A stretch of DNA of 64,000 nt from an uncultured Christensenella sp. (GTDB lineage Bacteria > Bacillota > Clostridia > Christensenellales > UBA1242). Under the pieces are notes generated by a model that saw only the letters and a program-made list of their open reading frames with translations, was not told the DNA's origin and did no database searches. The position numbers and the translations under genes were made by a program. The stretch lies in assembly GCA_964579205.1 (NCBI GenBank), contig CAZOFH010000001.1, forward strand, positions 73,386 through 137,385, written 5' to 3'. The stretch's first letter is position 1; each line of letters opens with the position of its first letter. Below, in pieces: positions 1 through 8,661 of the stretch.

Positions 1-73
1 TAATAGACAACAAAATAGTCTTGTTATAACTGACCCTACCGCGCTGGTTGCTATTCATTTGTTCAAATGCCAT
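1..73 (-). CDS. 5' end of a CDS running off the window (MAFEQMNSNQRGRVSYNKTILLSI...), possibly Asp23/Gls24-family
   Basis: ATG at 73 preceded by GAGGTGA RBS. The position after spoIIIAH matches the yqhY slot in Bacillus. Only 24 codons are visible. Confidence 0.35.
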   Translation of the reverse strand, partial: MAFEQMNSNQRGRVSYNKTILLSI

Positions 74-119
74 AACGCTCACCTCTATTCGACTATTATA
101 GCACAACCAAAGATTTTTT

Positions 120-608
120 TCAACTGTTCACTGGAATAATTTTGATATTATCTATAGATTTTTTTGTCTGGTCTTGGACAACTTTTACGATTTGCACCAC
201 CTGCTCATCCTTGAGTTCGTCAGATTTGACCATTACGTTGACAAAATTGTCAGTCATTGATACTACCACATCTTCGTACCCCTTTGACCTGATATTGCTC
301 TCGAGATAGAGTTCGCTCTCTACAGTCGCTGCCAAATTTGCCAATGCAGTTTCGGCAGATTTTTTTGCCTCGGCACTACTCCCAGTACTGTCTAGCACCG
401 CTCTATAATACAGTTTTTCCTCGCTACGAGCAGTGTCTCGGTCCGTACGATAGGTAGCAAAGAAATTGGATGAATTTATCTGTGTGCTGGTATTGATCAC
501 TTCGCCACCTGAGGATGCCTGATTGATTGATAGGTTGAGGAATCCTGTCAACACTAATAGCCCAAACATTACGCTCAAAACAATAATTTTTTTCTTTTTT
601 GTTACCAT
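120..608 (-). CDS. spoIIIAH: stage III sporulation protein AH
   Basis: 162 aa with an N-terminal TM segment and a soluble domain. It is the last gene of a colinear spoIIIAA-AH cluster. Confidence 0.75.
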   Translation of the reverse strand: MVTKKKKIIVLSVMFGLLVLTGFLNLSINQASSGGEVINTSTQINSSNFFATYRTDRDTARSEEKLYYRAVLDSTGSSAEAKKSAETALANLAATVESELYLESNIRSKGYEDVVVSMTDNFVNVMVKSDELKDEQVVQIVKVVQDQTKKSIDNIKIIPVNS

Positions 609-618
609 TTTTCACTCC

Positions 619-1194
619 TTAATTACTCGTTTTACAAAAAATTTCTATTTGAGAACTCTCGATTTTTAGCAAAGCCTGCACCGCCTTGAGAATGTCTAGT
701 TTTACCTTGACATTATTCGCCCCAGTTGCGACCACGACCACCCCCTTTACCGCCGGCATAATTTCCTTGATGACCAAAGGCTCACTCGACCCATTCACGG
801 TAATAATGATGGGCTCGCGACTCGAATTTTCCGTTTCCGTCTTGTTGACCGAACCGCTAGAAGTAGTATTTTGAGTAGAACTATTCTTGATGTCGTTAGA
901 ATATGCTAGCACCCGCTCAATCTCGCCATCCAGCGTCACCATACAGTTCACTTCCCCAGCCCCCGCAATGTCGCGCAAAACCGAATTCAGGCGATTTTCG
1001 AGCGAAAGCGCATACTGCGTCGTCGTTGTCATTGTGCTCTTTGCATCACCCTTTTGCGGCTGACTACTGCTCGGCGCAAGCAAAATCGCGAGCACCACTA
1101 CGACCAAAATAATTACCGCATAAATCTCAATATGTTTGACTTTTTTTAGTTTAGCCAAAAACTTATTGAGAAATGAAAAGTCCAATTTAGCCAT
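619..1194 (-). CDS. spoIIIAG: stage III sporulation protein AG
   Basis: N-terminal TM segment. The C-terminal GVVVVATGANN...KLDILKAVQALL region is typical of SpoIIIAG, and the operon position fits. Confidence 0.8.
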   Translation of the reverse strand: MAKLDFSFLNKFLAKLKKVKHIEIYAVIILVVVVLAILLAPSSSQPQKGDAKSTMTTTTQYALSLENRLNSVLRDIAGAGEVNCMVTLDGEIERVLAYSNDIKNSSTQNTTSSGSVNKTETENSSREPIIITVNGSSEPLVIKEIMPAVKGVVVVATGANNVKVKLDILKAVQALLKIESSQIEIFCKTSN

Positions 1195-1678
1195 ACACGA
1201 CTATCTGCTCCTCCTTCACCAAATCCACCAGTTTCTTTAGGCTCTCCTTGATTTCGGTATAATAATCTATATGCTCAAAATTCTCCGATATACCAAAATC
1301 ACACAAATCGACATAAATATATTTGATAATTTGCGCACCGTCCTTATTCTCAACCACTAGCGATATATGGACATCCTCGTATCCCAATTTTGCCAAACTC
1401 TTCTCCAAATCGCGCTCATATTCCTCTTTTGACAGGCTAGTAATGTTATCCAAAATGGCTTGGTCGACCTGATAAGATGTAGAGGAAAAGACATTGCCAA
1501 AGTCAAAATCCGCGGTAGTCAACTTTGCAACGGGCGAAACAATAACCGCCACCACTACTATCGCCATCACCGACTTTACATACTTTGCCATTTTGCCGTC
1601 AGGCAGTATCAAGTCTATCAGCACAGTGAGCAATACCACCCCAGCTATACTCAGCAAATACACACTCAAAAAATCCAT
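1187..1678 (-). CDS. spoIIIAF: stage III sporulation protein AF
   Basis: 163 aa with two N-terminal TM helices. Operon position fits, and the ORF overlaps its neighbours. Confidence 0.75.
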   Translation of the reverse strand: MDFLSVYLLSIAGVVLLTVLIDLILPDGKMAKYVKSVMAIVVVAVIVSPVAKLTTADFDFGNVFSSTSYQVDQAILDNITSLSKEEYERDLEKSLAKLGYEDVHISLVVENKDGAQIIKYIYVDLCDFGISENFEHIDYYTEIKESLKKLVDLVKEEQIVVYG

Positions 1679-1679
1679 T

Positions 1680-2882
1680 TTATCCTCCCAAATTCGTCGA
1701 AACGAGCAGCATCCCGATGCAGACGATATACATAAACCCGACTCCAGCGATGATTGCTAGCAGCATATTCACGCTCTTCGCGACAGTGGACAAAAAGTTT
1801 GGAATTTTGGATTTGGTCATCGGCTCAAGGATCGCTGCCGTCAATTTTAACCCGAGCGAAAGCACTGCGATTTTTGCAATAGGCACGAGCACCATACACA
1901 GCGCGAGCATTATCCCCACAGCACCGATAGCATTTTTTATCAAAACGCTGCTCGCCATCACTAGGTTAAACCCGTCTGACAGGTACCCACCCAAAATCGG
2001 CACATAACTCTTGAGTGCGAACTTGGTAACCCGAATTGACACGCTGTCAAAATTGCCAGCCACCACGCCTTGGACTAGCACCAGCCCCAAAAACACGCTA
2101 AAACATATGCCCGCAGTCCACTTGAAAATGCTCTTGAATAGCGAATTGAATTTGCCAAGGCTCACCGATTGAGACATATTCCCCACAATAGAGAACACAA
2201 ACGAAAATGCAAAGAGCGGCACGAGTACAAAATTGAAAATCTGCACCACTACATTACCAAAAAGAGCGAGCGTCGGCTGAAATATCCCCACAGTCACCGC
2301 CCCACCTACACTAGCGAGCAGGGTGAGTAACATAGGGAAAATGATATCCATCTGCGTCTTGATACTCATAATTGCCCCCGACACTTCACCAAGTAGTGCA
2401 AAAATCAGCCCAGATACGATAACCACGACCACACCAAAGCACACAAAGTCAATGATTTTACCCACCGATTCTGACCCAACATCAGACCTGATATTCCCGA
2501 CTAGGCTGCATAGCACGGTGACCATAATTATGACGCATAGCAAGGGCAAAAAATTGACGATTTCGCCAAAAAAGCAATTACAAAAAGCCCCGATAAAGGT
2601 GCCTGCATCCGCCCCAAAATCGCCACTCAGCAACTGTGCAACTTTATCAAAAAAAGTTTGCGAGCCAAAAATATTTTTGCTTGCATCACTTAGCGAACCT
2701 ATGCACTCGTCCAAGCCCCCAAAGTCAAACTGCCCCAACTGCTCGTAAACGCTCTGCTCCAAATCATTCATTAGATTTTCATCGTTATTTTCGCAGAAAA
2801 CGCTGGGGATAGATAGCAAAAGTACAAAAAACAGCACAAAAATACAAATCGGCAAAACCTTGTAGCACTGCGGCACCCTCAT
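1680..2882 (-). CDS. spoIIIAE: stage III sporulation protein AE (polytopic membrane protein)
   Basis: 400 aa with a signal-like N-terminus and many TM helices. Size and position match SpoIIIAE. Confidence 0.85.
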   Translation of the reverse strand: MRVPQCYKVLPICIFVLFFVLLLSIPSVFCENNDENLMNDLEQSVYEQLGQFDFGGLDECIGSLSDASKNIFGSQTFFDKVAQLLSGDFGADAGTFIGAFCNCFFGEIVNFLPLLCVIIMVTVLCSLVGNIRSDVGSESVGKIIDFVCFGVVVVIVSGLIFALLGEVSGAIMSIKTQMDIIFPMLLTLLASVGGAVTVGIFQPTLALFGNVVVQIFNFVLVPLFAFSFVFSIVGNMSQSVSLGKFNSLFKSIFKWTAGICFSVFLGLVLVQGVVAGNFDSVSIRVTKFALKSYVPILGGYLSDGFNLVMASSVLIKNAIGAVGIMLALCMVLVPIAKIAVLSLGLKLTAAILEPMTKSKIPNFLSTVAKSVNMLLAIIAGVGFMYIVCIGMLLVSTNLGG

Positions 2883-3268
2883 ATCATCATACCTGCCAAA
2901 ATTTCTATTAGGCTCTTGACAATAGGGATAGACAGCACAAAAATGGAGAGTTTGCCAGCCAGCAAAATTTTGCTAGCGACCGCGCTATTGCCACTATCAC
3001 TGCAGATATTTGCGCCGAATTCAGTCAAATACCCGATGCCGACGATTTTGAGTAACACGACGAATAACTCGGGGTCAAGGCTAGTGCTATCCAAAATGTA
3101 TTCGAATATGCCAAAGACTTGATTGAGCAAATCTAGTATGTAAAAAAACAGCACCACCGAACCGGCGACGCCCACGAGCACCGCTAATTCAGGCTTTGTT
3201 TGTCGCACTACAATTATCGCAATGGTGACGACTAGCGCCAGTCCCAAGATTTTAAAGATTATATCCAT
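2879..3268 (-). CDS. spoIIIAD: stage III sporulation protein AD
   Basis: 129-aa multi-TM protein in the expected operon position. Confidence 0.8.
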   Translation of the reverse strand: MDIIFKILGLALVVTIAIIVVRQTKPELAVLVGVAGSVVLFFYILDLLNQVFGIFEYILDSTSLDPELFVVLLKIVGIGYLTEFGANICSDSGNSAVASKILLAGKLSIFVLSIPIVKSLIEILAGMMI

Positions 3269-3274
3269 ACAAAC

Positions 3275-3472
3275 CTAATAAAGATTAAAAATATTTTGCA
3301 CCGTGCTAAACAACTCGCCCACCATATCCACTATCATAAATAGTACCACCATTAGCCCCGCCAGAGTAGTCAGCGTGGCGATTTCATCCTTGCCCGCCTG
3401 TTTTAGGACTTGCGCAATGATGGCGACGACGATGCCAATCCCTGCGATTTTGAATACAATTTCTATCCCCAT
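3275..3472 (-). CDS. spoIIIAC: stage III sporulation protein AC
   Basis: 65 aa starting MGIEIVFKIAGIGIVVA, similar to B. subtilis SpoIIIAC. GAGGGG RBS. Start trimmed from the ORF-track start at 3487. Confidence 0.8.
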   Translation of the reverse strand: MGIEIVFKIAGIGIVVAIIAQVLKQAGKDEIATLTTLAGLMVVLFMIVDMVGELFSTVQNIFNLY

Positions 3473-3479
3473 TTTCCCC

Positions 3480-3971
3480 TCATACACAGATTATAAACAC
3501 TCCAATCCCCACGATGATGCTGAGTTTTACCGATAGCATCCCTTTTGTACTGACCAGTTTTTTGGCTTGTTGCAACTTTTCCTCGAATACGCTTTGACTG
3601 TTTTTGATAGCGTCAATTTGAGCGAAACTATCTAGTTTGCCAACGCTCAAAAAGAAATTCGCTACAAATTCCGCTTCGTCCTTGCTAATGATTTTTTGCT
3701 CAGCCTGCCACTTCGCCAAAAATTCGTCACGCTTGTCCAAATTGGTCTCTAGTTCGCCCAAAAACTTGCCAAAATCCTCGCCGAAACTCCCTTTTTGGTC
3801 GGCAAGCACCTGCTTTACAGAATTTTGCATAAAGGAGCAGTTATTCTGCATCACTTGCAAAAACGCTCCCATATCGCTCAAAAAATTGAGCCGCCTCTTG
3901 TAGCCTGCGGACATTGCCACGCCCAAGACCACTGCGCCAATTAGCCCTAATAACCCCAGCAAAAAGTTCAT
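3480..3971 (-). CDS. spoIIIAB: stage III sporulation protein AB
   Basis: 163 aa from MNFLLGLLGL. Terminal TM helices flank a helical core, and the operon position fits. Confidence 0.75.
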   Translation of the reverse strand: MNFLLGLLGLIGAVVLGVAMSAGYKRRLNFLSDMGAFLQVMQNNCSFMQNSVKQVLADQKGSFGEDFGKFLGELETNLDKRDEFLAKWQAEQKIISKDEAEFVANFFLSVGKLDSFAQIDAIKNSQSVFEEKLQQAKKLVSTKGMLSVKLSIIVGIGVFIICV

Positions 3972-3973
3972 CC

Positions 3974-4924
3974 TTATCTCCCAATAAATAGGCAAACTTC
4001 GTTTTTGTCAAAGATATACTCTACCGTGCCGTAGCCATTACGTGTGGACAAAACGACAAACCTCTCTATTACGCCACACTCCAAAAAGGACTTTAGCATC
4101 GGCTTCTTTTTTAGTTCAGACAGGCTAGCGGCGTGCGTAGTCGCCACGAATTTTACTCCCGCGCCGACCAGTTGCAACAGTGCATCAGCGTCGCTAGTCG
4201 TCGAAATCTCGTCGAGGACGATTACCTCAGGGCTCATCGTGCGAATAGCATTCGAGATACACAGGCTCTTTATCCCGCCCGAATACACATCGACAAAGTT
4301 ACCCGCATACAGAGAGTTTTGCCCATTTTGACTGGCGCAAATTTCACGCCGCTCATCTACCACTAGCACGCTTTTGGCGATATGTCTGTCGCAAAAGTGA
4401 GTGCAAAGGTCGCGTATAAAAGTCGTCTTGCCTGCCCCCGGAGGTGCTATCAAAATGGTATTTTTGACCCCGTTTTCATCATAAAGGTACTGCAGAATAC
4501 CTAAACTACAATTTTTGACCACGTGCGGCAAACGGATATTGATGGAACTAAAATTTTTGATAGTCTTGGCTTGTCCATTCTCCATCACCACCTCGCCGCA
4601 AATACCCAGCCTAGCACCATCTTTTAGCGTCACAAAGCCCTGCTTGATTTCTTCATTAAAACTAAAAATGCTCTGCTCGCACGCTTTCAACACAATGTCA
4701 AAAATTTCTTGGGCGGTAGGACGCAGTGCATCTGCCTCTTGCTGACTGATGCCGCTCTCGCTCAAAAACTGTCTGCCGCCATACTCAATGACCGCAGGCA
4801 GCCCCGCTCTCAGACGGATTTCGATAATGTTTTTGCAATTCAGTGTCATAAACGCGCGCTGAAATCTCGCGGGCAAAATCTCAAATATCACTCGCCACCT
4901 CCCGACCACTATATTATTAATCAA
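3974..4924 (-). CDS. spoIIIAA: stage III sporulation protein AA (AAA+ ATPase)
   Basis: 316 aa with Walker A APPGAGKTT and Walker B VIVLDE. First gene of the operon. Confidence 0.85.
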   Translation of the reverse strand: MINNIVVGRWRVIFEILPARFQRAFMTLNCKNIIEIRLRAGLPAVIEYGGRQFLSESGISQQEADALRPTAQEIFDIVLKACEQSIFSFNEEIKQGFVTLKDGARLGICGEVVMENGQAKTIKNFSSINIRLPHVVKNCSLGILQYLYDENGVKNTILIAPPGAGKTTFIRDLCTHFCDRHIAKSVLVVDERREICASQNGQNSLYAGNFVDVYSGGIKSLCISNAIRTMSPEVIVLDEISTTSDADALLQLVGAGVKFVATTHAASLSELKKKPMLKSFLECGVIERFVVLSTRNGYGTVEYIFDKNEVCLFIGR

Positions 4925-4944
4925 GCATGCAAATTATGTTAGAA

Positions 4945-4975
4945 ATAAAAAGAAAAAAGAGCATAATTATGCTCT
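4945..4975 (-). terminator. intrinsic terminator after efp
   Basis: AGAGCAT-AATT-ATGCTCT hairpin overlapping the efp stop codon, followed by a T-run on the minus strand. Confidence 0.7.
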
Positions 4976-5524
4976 CTCTACATATTCACCTGTACGGGTG
5001 TCGACCTTGATGCGGTCGCCAATGCCGATAAACAAAGGCACTTGGACAGTCAGCCCTGTCTCCATAGTCGCCGGCTTGAACGAAGTCTTGGTCGTGTCGC
5101 CCTGAATAGCAGGCTCAGTATCCTTGACCTCCAGCACTACAAAAAGCTGTGGAACGACTGAGAATACTTGGTCCTTAAAGAAACGAACGATAACGTTTGT
5201 GTTCTCCAAAACATATGGCAAACACTCAGAAACCAAACTCTTATTGTACGGGGTCTGCTCATAAGTCTCAGGGTCCATAAAATAGTACAAATCGCCGTCG
5301 TTGTATAGATAAGTCATCTCTTTCTCTACAAACTGAACCTTCTCAAACTTGTCAGTTGGGTTAAATGTGTTCTCAACGTTGGCACCTGTCTGCACGTTGC
5401 GCATTTTTATCCAAACGACAGCACCGCCACGACCGTGCTTGTTGTGCTGAAAGTCCAAAACAGTCATAATCTGACCATTCCATTCAAAGCACATACCCTT
5501 TCTAAGTTCTGATGCTGAAATCAT
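4967..5524 (-). CDS. efp: elongation factor P
   Basis: 185 aa from MISASELRKG; EF-P-like throughout, including KPGKG-equivalent HNKHGRGGA. Confidence 0.95.
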   Translation of the reverse strand: MISASELRKGMCFEWNGQIMTVLDFQHNKHGRGGAVVWIKMRNVQTGANVENTFNPTDKFEKVQFVEKEMTYLYNDGDLYYFMDPETYEQTPYNKSLVSECLPYVLENTNVIVRFFKDQVFSVVPQLFVVLEVKDTEPAIQGDTTKTSFKPATMETGLTVQVPLFIGIGDRIKVDTRTGEYVERA

Positions 5525-5599
5525 AAATTCTCTCCTTACATTAAAATATATTAGATTATATCGCAAAACAGCCCAAAAATCAAGCATTTTGCATCAAGG

Positions 5600-6448
5600 T
5601 TATTTTGTTTTTTCGTAATAAGTCTTCATTGCCAAGGCGTCCCTAGCCTGTGTACCTGCTGACTCGCTGATTATCACGGGATGCAGATTGAGCGCCAGTA
5701 TCGCATCAATCATCGGCTCAAAGTTTGGTCCGTATACTTCGTCATCAAAAGTAAGGTGCTTGACCTCGCCCTTGCTATTGTACATAATTTTGGAAAAATG
5801 GATATGCAAATCGTTCATTTTGTCATACCCAATCTTGTCAATCCCTTCTCGCAAAATCGCCGCAAAATTTTCTTTTGTCTTGAGCCCGCCTTGCAAAATG
5901 CAATTTATATGCCCAAAATCGAGGGTCGGAATCAAGCAATCGTCCCAACTGCATATCTCATACATCTCGCTGTATGTGCCAATCTGAGTATACTTGCCCA
6001 TAGCCTCGGGGCAGACAATCAAATCGCGATATTCGCTCTCTCTCTTTTGCGCCAAAAAGTCTGTAAAACTCGACTTTATATTAGCGAGCGCTTCTTCTCG
6101 AGAAAATTTCATCTGCGAACCGATATGCACCACACAATGTCTACCGCCCATTTCCTTTAGATTACGCAAACTCTCAAACAAAAATGTTGGATTGTTTACC
6201 CGTGCGTTGTCTGTCGTGTTGGCAAAATTTATGTAATAAGGCGCGTGGACACTCACCTCGATGCCGTATTTTTTTGCCTCGTCTCCTATAGACAAAGCCG
6301 TATCAGTACTGAGAAATCGTCCCAGTCCAAAAGAATATTCAAAGGCATTGAGCCCCATACCGCTCAGCCACTCAGGCTCTTGCCTAGTGTGCTTTAGCCC
6401 AGCCTCATAAAAAGCCTCACAATTACCAGAAGGTCCAAACCTAATCAT
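5600..6448 (-). CDS. TIM-barrel AP-endonuclease family 2 / endonuclease IV-like protein
   Basis: 282 aa from MIRFGPSGN with an AGGAGG RBS. HAPYYIN, HIGS, PEAMG, DFGH and HIHF motifs are spaced as in the Nfo/xylose-isomerase-like fold. Confidence 0.7.
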   Translation of the reverse strand: MIRFGPSGNCEAFYEAGLKHTRQEPEWLSGMGLNAFEYSFGLGRFLSTDTALSIGDEAKKYGIEVSVHAPYYINFANTTDNARVNNPTFLFESLRNLKEMGGRHCVVHIGSQMKFSREEALANIKSSFTDFLAQKRESEYRDLIVCPEAMGKYTQIGTYSEMYEICSWDDCLIPTLDFGHINCILQGGLKTKENFAAILREGIDKIGYDKMNDLHIHFSKIMYNSKGEVKHLTFDDEVYGPNFEPMIDAILALNLHPVIISESAGTQARDALAMKTYYEKTK

Positions 6449-6456
6449 ACAGCCTC

Positions 6457-7308
6457 CTACAACCAAACTTTCATTTTAGCCAATTTGTCGCTATCTATCT
6501 GACACAATCCGCGCAAATCGCCCCCGACAAAAAACGCATACAGCCCCTCAGGCTTATCCAGCACCAGCCTCTGCCCATTGAGCAAAACTTTTAGTTCTGC
6601 ATCGGTGTCAAACTCGATACGCTCCATATCTCCTAGTACCACCCATGCAGGCTCGAGCCTAGTCTCATCCACCGCGTCGAGAGGTATGGCGTGCGCTATT
6701 TCAAAAACGCCAGCCTTGGTCCTCTCAAGAGCGGTCATAGTAGCGACAGTATTCAATTTTCCTGCCAAATCTCTGCACAGGCTGCGTATGTATGTACCCG
6801 CACTGCATTCGATATCAAATACAAAGGTATTCTCTCTAGGATTATCCACCAATTCAAACCGAAAAATCTCAATCTTGCACGGCTTGAGTGAAACCTCCTC
6901 GCCACTACGAACGATATCACTAGCGCGGCGACCGCCCACATTTTTGGCACTAAAAAGCGGTGGCACCTGTTCGATTTTACCCAAAAACTCAGGCAAAACG
7001 GCACGCACTTGGGCAGCGGAAATAGTGCATTCATCTCGCGCCACCACCTCGCCTGCACTATCTAGGCTATCTGTCATATACCCAAAAGTAAACTCGGCGC
7101 GGTAGTATTTGCGCTTGCTCAACATATATTCAAACAATCTAGTCGCACGACCGACCGCGATAGGCAATACGCCACCAGCCTGCTTGTCAAGAGTCCCCAT
7201 ATGACCGATTTTTGTGCCTTTGGTTAGCCCGAGACGCTTTTTGACTGTTGCTACCACTTGGGCACTGGTCATCCCGACTGGCTTGTCAATATTCAAAAAA
7301 CCTATCAA
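6457..7308 (-). CDS. truB: tRNA pseudouridine-55 synthase
   Basis: MIGFLNIDKPVGMTS..GHMGTLD catalytic Asp motif; position after rbfA/nrnA fits. Confidence 0.95.
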   Translation of the reverse strand: MIGFLNIDKPVGMTSAQVVATVKKRLGLTKGTKIGHMGTLDKQAGGVLPIAVGRATRLFEYMLSKRKYYRAEFTFGYMTDSLDSAGEVVARDECTISAAQVRAVLPEFLGKIEQVPPLFSAKNVGGRRASDIVRSGEEVSLKPCKIEIFRFELVDNPRENTFVFDIECSAGTYIRSLCRDLAGKLNTVATMTALERTKAGVFEIAHAIPLDAVDETRLEPAWVVLGDMERIEFDTDAELKVLLNGQRLVLDKPEGLYAFFVGGDLRGLCQIDSDKLAKMKVWL

Positions 7309-8285
7309 TTCTCTTTCTCCAAAATAGAAATCGTCTGTTTGATGAGGGCATTAAGTGCCTTGTCGAGTTCGCCCTTGAGCGTCAACCCGCTCGCCCTCTT
7401 ATGCCCACCACCGCCAAAGCGGCTAGCGATTTGCGACACATCGACATCGTCCATAGCGGTACGCAAAGACACGTGATAATCGCCCTTTACTGGCTCAGAA
7501 ACGCTGATACCCACCTTTACTCCCGCCACAGTCGGCAAATATGACACGATGAATTTGCTCTCGTTGAGAGTAGCCCCCGTCTCAGAAAAATCACTCTCGT
7601 GCAGCACTGAAACCAAAATCTGATTGTCATAATAAAACTTGAGCGAGGCAAAGGCACGGCGAGTAATCTCCAGTGCTGCGACAGACTTTTCTCTAAAACA
7701 CTCGCGCAACAACTTGTCTGCATCTAGCCCCACACGCAACAGCCCAGCGAGACACTCAAAAGTAGACGATTGCGCATTGGAATACACAAATCCGCCAGTG
7801 TCGGTGTAGATGCCGATATACAGACACTTTGCCAAAAACTGATTTAGCGAAAAACGCCCAGCGAATAGATAGTAAAGAGTCTCGCACGCACTCGAACGCT
7901 CGCCCTCGACAAAATTGTAATTTGCGTAGAGCGAATTGCCATAATGGTGGTCGATATTAAAGGTCACTTGTGCCGACTGCAAAACGCCCAGCGCAACACT
8001 AGGCAACAACTTTGGCTCGGCAGTATCCACCGTAATCAAGACATCATATTCGCGCTCAATCTCGGTGACAAACTCTGTATCCGAAACAAAATTTGGGAAA
8101 GTATTGTCTAGCGGCTGCTCTAGCAAAATATCGGCGAAAATGCCATTTTGACGCAAAATCTCCCGCATCGCTAGGCTAGAGCCTATGGCGTCATAGTCGG
8201 GATTTTGATGTCCCGAAATCGCCACAGCCTTTGCCTGCCGACATACTTTGAGTAAATTTTTGACGAAGGGATTACTCCTCATCAC
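7305..8285 (-). CDS. nrnA: DHH/DHHA1 phosphoesterase (NrnA-like oligoribonuclease/pAp phosphatase)
   Basis: GHQNPDYDAIGS, IDHH and GGGH motifs. Confidence 0.8.
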   Translation of the reverse strand: MMRSNPFVKNLLKVCRQAKAVAISGHQNPDYDAIGSSLAMREILRQNGIFADILLEQPLDNTFPNFVSDTEFVTEIEREYDVLITVDTAEPKLLPSVALGVLQSAQVTFNIDHHYGNSLYANYNFVEGERSSACETLYYLFAGRFSLNQFLAKCLYIGIYTDTGGFVYSNAQSSTFECLAGLLRVGLDADKLLRECFREKSVAALEITRRAFASLKFYYDNQILVSVLHESDFSETGATLNESKFIVSYLPTVAGVKVGISVSEPVKGDYHVSLRTAMDDVDVSQIASRFGGGGHKRASGLTLKGELDKALNALIKQTISILEKEN

Positions 8286-8646
8286 TTTTCTCCTTTGGTG
8301 GGATATTGATAGAATCTATGAGTTGCGCCATTTTTTGGTCAATCTCAAAACTCTTGTCAAGTTTAAAATGCAGCAGCGGCACAATCCTCATCTCCACGCG
8401 GCTAGATAGCAGTTTGCGGATAAAGCCCGCGCTGTGCTGCAAGGTATTAAAACTAATCTCGCACTTTTTGGCATCAGGCTCAAAAATGCTGACTGAGATA
8501 AAGCAGTGGCTCAAGTCATTGGTCGTGTCAACATCGGTAACACTGACTAGCCCATATAGCCTCGGGTCTCTTATTTCATTACTCAAAATGTCAGCCAACG
8601 CCTTTTTGATCTCGCTATTTATTCTTTGCAAACGATTTTGTTGCAT
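8272..8646 (-). CDS. rbfA: ribosome-binding factor A
   Basis: 124 aa with R..RINSEIKKALADIL..EIRDPRL; position after infB fits. Confidence 0.9.
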   Translation of the reverse strand: MQQNRLQRINSEIKKALADILSNEIRDPRLYGLVSVTDVDTTNDLSHCFISVSIFEPDAKKCEISFNTLQHSAGFIRKLLSSRVEMRIVPLLHFKLDKSFEIDQKMAQLIDSINIPPKEKSDEE

Positions 8647-8661
8647 AATTACCCCCCGAAA